Assembly (NCBI GenBank): GCA_003971905.1
Contig: RSEE01000006.1
Coordinates: 434,001 to 498,000, forward strand
DNA: 64,000 nucleotides
Origin: Moniliella sp. 'wahieum'
Lineage: Eukaryota
Reading direction: 5' to 3'
Part shown: one piece after another, positions 63,273 to 64,000 of the stretch
How positions within the stretch are numbered: position 1 is the stretch's first letter
Layout: each line of letters begins with the position of its first letter
Program-made: the position numbers and the translations under genes
Notes under the pieces: generated by a model
Databases searched by the model: none
What the model was told of the DNA's origin: nothing
Seen by the model: the letters and a program-made list of their open reading frames with translations, nothing else

Positions 63273-64000
63273 ATGGCCACGCCTGAGGAAGTAGAAGACT
63301 GGAGCAAGCATGTCGAAACCGAAGAGGAGTTCCAGCGACGAATCCAGGTGGAAAAGTGGGGGTCGTCGCTTCTGGCCAACAGTATGTTTCTTTCCGTTTC
63401 CCTTGTCTCTTCCTCGCCAGACCTTCTGACTGGAAGACTCCCTCTGCCCGGTCCTCTCCTCCACTCATCAGGTCCAATGATTCGCTTCATGACCAAGCAC
63501 TTGCTGCATTTGGATGCAATCCTCTGGACGAAGCCGGGGCGCCCGCTTCCGCTATGCCTAAGATTGCAGTGGGTCCCTGCCCACCCACGATTGCGGGTGG
63601 CTTTTCTCCAGCTCCAGAGGGGCGGCCGCCAAGTGAGAGCAGCATCTTGATCTGTAGCACCGCATCAAGACCAAGCACCATCTGGAAGACACGTTGGCGC
63701 ACGAGATGGTGCACTGGTGGGACAACTGCCGGTTCAAGGTGGACTGGTCGGATCTGCGGCAACATGCGTGCTCAGAGGTACGCGCGGCCCGTTGTCGGGT
63801 GACTGCCGCTGGGGTCGGGAAATGCGTCGGCTCAACTTTGGCGTGATGAAGCAACACCAAGAATGTGCTCGTCGTCGTGCGTCCTGTCGATCCTTGGCAA
63901 CCCGGCGTACAAAGACGAGGCGCACGCTAAGGAAGTCGTAGATGACGTCTTTCAAAGCTGCTTTAACGACACGCGACCCTTTGACGAGGTTCGTTGGCAC
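63273..64000 (+). CDS. ATP23: Mitochondrial inner-membrane metalloprotease Atp23 (3' end reaches the window edge)
   Basis: [85 protein letters not shown]. The start is tentative. Confidence 0.9.

Noticed and set aside
3555..64000. Widespread frameshifts suggesting pseudogenes or programmed frameshifting
   Set aside because: They hit most genes, including conserved housekeeping ones (OST1, VPS52, YPK1, GLO3, ATP23), often at short homopolymers, while motifs stay intact. This pattern is typical of unpolished long-read consensus.

Overview
This is a GC-rich fungal genomic segment, most likely a basidiomycete and probably Ustilaginomycotina (inferred from gene content and short GT..AG introns with CTRAC branch sites). 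It carries about 15 recognisable protein genes and one intron-containing tRNA-Gly(GCC). The genes are a C2H2 TF, a Bem2-like RhoGAP, an alpha/beta hydrolase, a Ran1/Ksp1-type kinase, GLTP/HET-C2, a HapX/Yap-like bZIP, a KH-domain RNA-binding protein, a loosenin-like protein, ribophorin I, a PL14 lyase, a GMC oxidoreductase, VPS52, YPK1/Gad8, a YABBY/HMG-like protein, a Glo3 ArfGAP and ATP23. Most genes are broken by single-base indels, including conserved housekeeping genes, so I read these as consensus errors from an unpolished long-read assembly; many CDS limits are therefore approximate. Two things stand out. (1) A young, full-length 5.0-kb Ty1/copia element sits antisense inside a ~56-nt intron of the RhoGAP gene. 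It has near-identical 159/160-bp LTRs, gag and pol in one frame separated by a single UAG, no canonical tRNA primer-binding site and an HTDD RT motif. (2) Upstream intergenic regions share one 7-bp grammar, TNA + 4-bp palindrome + TNA, repeated with about ten different palindromic cores. This looks more like a mutational or repair signature than ordinary microsatellites.
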